Positions 58,728 through 64,000 of a stretch of 64,000 bases of DNA are shown piece by piece. This stretch comes from Candidatus Hydrogenedentota bacterium (GTDB lineage Bacteria; Hydrogenedentota; Hydrogenedentia; Hydrogenedentales; SLHB01), in the NCBI GenBank assembly GCA_963745075.1, contig CAVUWV010000031.1, positions 224,001 through 288,000 of the forward strand. Reading direction: 5' to 3'. The position numbers and the translations under genes are program-made. The notes under the pieces were generated by a model. It was not told the DNA's origin and ran no database searches. It was given only the letters and a program-made list of their open reading frames with translations. Each line of letters starts with the position of its first letter. Within the stretch, counting starts at the first letter, position 1.

Positions 58728-61057
58728 TTACCCTTCAACCGCTTTTTCTTCGCCGCTGAAGTATTCCTGCAACCAGCGGCAGTCGATCACCTTCTCCACG
58801 AGATCCAGAGGCAAGTAGAAATACTGGCAGGAAGGTTCAAACCCGATTCGCGAATCCTGTTGCACGAGCGAGAAGAGTTCGCGGGCCAAGGCAATCTCGG
58901 ATTCGAGCGTTTGGTCGATTTGGTCGAGCAGTTCCTGGCGCTGTTCGGGCGACAGGGTCGGTTGCGGGATCGGCGAGGGCGTCGCGGGCTTGGACGAAGC
59001 GGGCCTGGTTGGCGACGGATTGGAAATGGATCGCGGCGGCACGGGCCAGACGCAGGTCGCCTTCGGCGTCAGGACGGCGGTCCGGCGGCGCATTGTCAAC
59101 GGCCAATTGCAGTTCTTCGATGCCCGGTCGCCAGCCCCGGGCAATCTTCTCGAATTGCGCCGCGAAGACCTCGGGAGGATAGGGACCGCGCCAACCGTCC
59201 AGATCGTCATAGGGGATTCCCCACATGGTGGCGCTGTAGCCGGTCTTCTCCGCGATAAAGCGGATTGGCCGCGCCCCATTGCACGGGTGAAGTGTAGACC
59301 ACGCTGATGTGGAAAGGATATTCGCGGAAGGCCTCGCTCATTAGCGTCCACGCCTTGCGCGCGTGGGTTGCGCCTTCGGGACCAAACCGCTCCAGCGCCA
59401 AGTCATCCAACGCGGTGTCCATACTCAGCGCCGGCGTGCGGCTCATACGCGCGGCCAATTGAAAGTTCGGGGATGGGTACCCGCCCATGGTCCAGCCGAT
59501 GAGCATTGCGTCCAGCTTAACGGGCTGGAGATTGCGGCAATGCTCCGCGATGAGGTCAAGCACGGGAAGATAGGGAATGCTGGCGATTTCGCAGGTATTG
59601 TTGAACTGAATCTCCGTGCCAACCTTTAGACCACGATCGCGCGCGGCCTTCCAGTGGGCCTGCGACCGCGGGCCCGGGCCCACGGCGGAGATCGAGTACT
59701 CCCCTACCGTGGATTTGATGCCGCCGCGCTCGATGGGCAGATGCCATTCGCTGACCGACATGAGCCAGACCGATTCCGGGAGCCGCGCGATGATGTCCGG
59801 AGCATCGCCGTGGCCCCGCCACCCCCAATCTGATATGAGGACGTTGGCCTCGGGGTTGCCGCGATGGACGCCTTCTTCCAGCACGGACACGACCTCGGTA
59901 AGGATATCGGCGTCGCTCCGGTCTTTGCAGTGCGCACAGGAGCGCCAGCCGCCGTGAGACGCGCAATTGGTCAGGTTTTCCGACGCCGTGATTGCATAGA
60001 TCCCGCCCAGGTCCGGAACTTCGTGAAAGATGTGCGCGAGCGCATCGCTCATCCACCGACGCACCGCTGGATGGGAAGTACACATCGCCGTGAGTTCAGC
60101 TTCCTGGACACCGGCCATTTCAGGACGGCCATCGAAAAACGCCTTCGGCATCGCCCGGGGTTCGTTGACGTAGAGATACACGTTGATGCCGAACTTGGCC
60201 GCGCGCTCGACCAATGCACGAAGGTTGCCCAGGCGCTCCTCGTGGCCGGCGCCAAACTCGGGGAACGCGGCTCCACCCGGCGCCAAATCCCGCAACACGG
60301 CCTGTAGCCAAACGCCATTGATACCGGAAGCCGAAAGCCGCTGAAGCAAACCGTCCGGGTAGGGGTCCAGGTGGGGATTCAGCAAGGGGTCGCCGTACAC
60401 GGCAACATAGGAATAGACGAGGCGCTGCACGGGAGCCCGAGCGTTCTCCCGCTGCGGCGGCGTGTAGTTCGGAATGGGCGCGCTCAGTTGCCGGACGAAA
60501 TCGAAACGTGGTTCCCCGGGCCGGCGAATCGCGTCTCCAAACTCCGCTTCGACCACGTGACGAATCTCGGCGGCGCGTCGCTGTGCGGCTTCATCAGGCG
60601 CTTGAAAGCGGAGCGGTTCGCACGCCGGCTTCAACCGGCCCAGCTTGATCCACAAAAAGTCCTCTTCCCGCAGCATGTGGTCCAGGCGCTCGGGCGTCAT
60701 ATCCAATAATTCCAGCAACTGGTTGTATGGCAGTAGATGCCAGTTGCGCCGGATGAGCGTGAGGTATCCCCGTTCCATCATTTCGGTTGGAATCGTTGGA
60801 GCGGGGGGCAATCCCATCGACTCGGCCAGTGCGGTGACGTCCAACTCGGAAGCGCCGAGTATCATTGCGAGCTTGGCGGGTTCGACGGCGTTCCAGTTGC
60901 GCCAAACGAACTCGTGGACGCGGTCGGGGAAATAACGGCTCGTGATAGGTGCGGGCGCACTACCGATTGGGAGAATCGGTTCCTCTGCCAAGATCTGCAA
61001 CGGCAACATGAGAAGGTAGACACACGACAGTGCGATGTAAAATAAGGGTTTTACCAT
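58728..61057 (-). CDS. Large exported hypothetical protein (glycoside hydrolase-like TIM barrel?), frameshifted near 59255 and 58965
   Basis: Signal peptide; GINGVWLQ, YLYVNEPR, ITASENLTNC; C-terminus continues in 58837..59226 (GIPYDDLDGWRG) and 58728..59351 (DSRIGFEPSCQYFY). Confidence 0.7.
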
Positions 61058-61109
61058 ATCGATTTGTCCTGCCTGCCAACCCGTCACTATTGACTGCGCG
61101 AAACGCAAA

Positions 61110-62748
61110 TTAGAATTCGTTCCGGCCGGTGAAAATGGATCCGGTGGCATCATCGAGACTCACCACGTCGTCTTCGCGCGCATCGACGCGGTAGTGGGTC
61201 CCCATGGACCGGCGATTGCGCCATGCGGAATGGGCGACGATTCGCGCTGTCTGGGCGATGTTCCGCAGTCCAATCAGTTCGTCCGTGAGGCGGTTAGCGC
61301 GATAGAATTCATCGATGTCGTCGAGCAGATGGTTGAGTTCGCGCAAGGCGCGCGCCAGGCGGGATGTGCTGCGCGCCAGACCGACGTAGAGCCACATGAT
61401 GTCCTGAACGGTCTGGACGTCGCGAATCATCAACACCGGGTCGGGGACGGAGTTGTGTTCGGCGCTCACCCAGGGGGGCACTTCGTAGCGCGCGTTTTCC
61501 GGTCGCCTATGGGTTTTGGCGATGTGTTCGGCGGACCGGTATCCCCACACCAACCCTTCCAACAGCGACGTACTCGCGAGCCGGTTGGCGCCGTGCAGGC
61601 CGGTGCAACTGACTTCGCCGACCGCGTAGAGGTCTTCGATGCTGGTTCTCCCCCACTCGTCGACAAGCACCCCGCCGCAGGCGTAGTGCGCGGCCGGCAC
61701 CACGGGAATGGGCTCCTTCGTAATGTCGAGACCGGCTTCGAGACATTTGGCGTAAATGGTGGGAAATCGCTCGCGGATGAAGTCGGGGCGCATGGTACTC
61801 GTGAGGTCCAGCAAGACATGAGGGTAGCCGTGGGTCACCATCTCCTGATGGATGGCACGGGCGACGATATCGCGTGGCGCGAGGTCTCCCCACTTAGGAG
61901 CGTATTCGGTCATGAAATGTCGACCGTCCGGGGTGAAAAGTTGCGCACCTTCTCCGCGAACGGCTTCGGAAATCAGGAAATTGTGCGCGCCCGTCAACGC
62001 CAGCGTCGTGGGATGAAACTGGATGTACTCCGCGTTTTCGATCCGGGCACCGGCCCGATTGGCCATGGCGAGTCCGTCGCCGCGTGCCCCGGGAGGGTTG
62101 GTCGTATTGCGGTAAATACGGCCGAGGCCGCCGGTGGCGAGAATGGTGGCCCCGGCGAGAATGGTTTCGACGCGGCCATCGGCCTGGTTCAACACGTAGG
62201 CCCCCAGACAGCGCGTCGGCTCGTACCGTGACTGGGGGTCGCGAACGTGGTGGGACGTTCGTGATGAGATCCACCGTCGTCGCGCCGGTTCGCATGGTCA
62301 CGTTCGGGAATTCCGCGAGACGGGCCAGCAGCGCTTCCTCGATGGCACGACCCGTCGCATCGCCCACGTGGAGAATTCGTCGGGCGGAATGGCCGCCTTC
62401 TTTCGTATACGACAGGCTGCCGTCGTCTTCGCAATCGAAGGCTACGCCCGCATCTTTGATAAGGATCTCATCGACGAGGCGGCTTCCTTCTTCGGCGAGA
62501 ATGCGTGCGGCGCGGTCGAGGCCGGCGCCGGCACCCGCCGCGACAATGTCTTGAACGAGCTTTTCGGCCGTGTCCTTCGGGCCGAGCGTCACAATTCCAC
62601 CCTGGGCGTAGCGCGTATTGCACTCACCTGGTGTTCCCGCGCGGGTGACCAGAAGAATCTGGCGTTCGCGATCCTTTGCGAGTTGGAGCGCGGCAGTCGC
62701 GCCGCCAATCCCGCAACCGGCTATCAGCACATCGATGTTCGTGTTCAT
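61110..62748 (-). CDS. nadB: L-aspartate oxidase, frameshifted near 62255
   Basis: IAGCGIGG, NTRYAQGGI, EGGHSARRILH, LATGG, QFHPT, LISEAVRGEG, PAAHYACGG, GLHGANRLASTSLLEG. Confidence 0.92.
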
Positions 62749-62876
62749 GGTGTGGTACTTGACCTCAAAAGGAACCCTCCCGATCATTGCGACAGGAAGG
62801 CTACATGCTGACAGAACCCGCCCCCTGACTCAAGAACTGATTTGGCCGAAACTGCGCTGGGCTGATTCCTGTCGAG

Positions 62877-63362
62877 TCACGATTCCCGCAAGAGTACCGC
62901 GAATTCCAGCCCATCGGATGGGCGATGGAATCGCTGCGCCGCGCGCAAGCCGGCGCGTTCGCAAACACGAAGCGCCCGTTGGTTGAACGTCGCGACGGTC
63001 ACGCGAAACGCAGTGGGATGGAATTGCTCGACGCCGAAGGAAAGGCCCGCCTGCAAGACGGACAACCCGAGCCCTCGTCCGGTCAGGTCTGGACGCAGCC
63101 CGCCGCCCGTGTCCAGGGCGTCTTCCGTATAGTCGCCGCCTGGCACCCGCGCCTTCATCCCGAAACAGCGAAAGGCAACCGATTCTCCCAATCCGTCCGT
63201 AACGGCGAAGTAGCCCTTCGATGGATCGGCACGTGCGCGAATTGCCTCGTCTGCGCCGACGGAATCCGCGGCGAGGTTGTAGAGCGCGTAGGGCGGGGCA
63301 TAGCGCCAGCGGGCAATCTCGTGCGCGAGCGCTTCACTCATTGGTTGGAAATGCAGTTGCAT
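62877..63362 (-). CDS. GNAT family N-acetyltransferase
   Basis: WRYAPPYALYN, GLRPDLTGRGLG, VATFNQRALRVCERAG. Confidence 0.85.
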   Translation of the reverse strand: MQLHFQPMSEALAHEIARWRYAPPYALYNLAADSVGADEAIRARADPSKGYFAVTDGLGESVAFRCFGMKARVPGGDYTEDALDTGGGLRPDLTGRGLGLSVLQAGLSFGVEQFHPTAFRVTVATFNQRALRVCERAGLRAAQRFHRPSDGLEFAVLLRES

Positions 63363-63374
63363 TGGACATCCCGT

Positions 63375-64000
63375 TCAATCCGCCAAATCCCGAATCTTCT
63401 CCGCAACGAAGATCATTTCGGGGGATTCGTCGGAGAAGAGTGAACGATCGAAGTTCCCATACAGATTGACGACCCTGAACCCGCAGCGGTCGAGGAGATG
63501 TTCGACTTCGTAACGGAAAAAGTACCGGAACGGGAATGCGTGTACGACGCGTTCTTCGCTTCCATCCGGATCGGTTACGTCATAGATGAGTTCGAACGTC
63601 CATGACTTGTTGAACCCGATGCAGCGCGACGATGCGCTGCGCCTGACGCAAGGTTCTACCGTGTGGAAGTGGAACCGTCGATCGATCCTCCTTTTCCTTG
63701 TAGGACTCGGGATCGCAAAGGTACTGCAGATTCGGATGAAAGATATCGAGGATTAGGATCCGGCCCGCTTCGAGGTGACGGTTCACGCATCGTAAGCAGG
63801 CAATTTGATCTTCGACGGCCACCAAGTGTTGAAAAGACCGAAACGGGGTCGTAACGAGGGCGAAATTCTCCTCGAGATCGAAGTTGGTCATGTCGCCCTG
63901 GACGGTGCGGGCGCGGCTTTGGACCTCTTGTGGTGCGCGCTTCAGTCTTCCGCGGCACTTTTTGAGCATGGGTTCAGAGAGATCGAGTCCGACAATCCGG
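63375..64000 (-). CDS. Class I SAM-dependent methyltransferase, 5'-truncated, frameshift near 63595
   Basis: GLDLSEPML, QGDMTNFDL, PFRSFQHL; continuation ELIYDV..RYFFRYEVEHLL..YGNFD to TGA at 63375. Confidence 0.85.

Overview
GC-rich bacterial chromosomal window (gene content, including an exosortase H-like pair, would fit Candidatus Hydrogenedentota or a PVC-like lineage; taxonomy is inference only). About 50 CDS. Housekeeping genes: glgC, argS, cysS, ftsY, ftnA, nadB. Also two tandem PilC/GspF genes, an Fe3+-type ABC importer, an ~18 kb MoxR/DUF58/vWA operon with an ABC ATPase and three tandem internally duplicated permeases, an ECF sigma/anti-sigma/Spy-like operon, several phosphoesterases and secreted beta-propeller proteins, and an exosortase with a large coiled-coil insert. 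About ten genes are split by small indels, most likely long-read assembly errors. No rRNA, tRNA, CRISPR array, integrase or transposase was seen. Most notable non-routine signals: (1) a second copy of the last 30 codons of argS ~1.15 kb downstream with almost only synonymous differences, bracketing a gene-less mosaic of several repeat families (att-like scar); (2) a stand-alone 40-aa peptide gene with RBS and terminator; (3) a ~200-nt rod-like, 6S-like RNA at 48421-48626 (-); (4) the exosortase insert; (5) a fasciclin protein with six Cys-Pro repeats; (6) dispersed REP-like inverted-repeat pairs.
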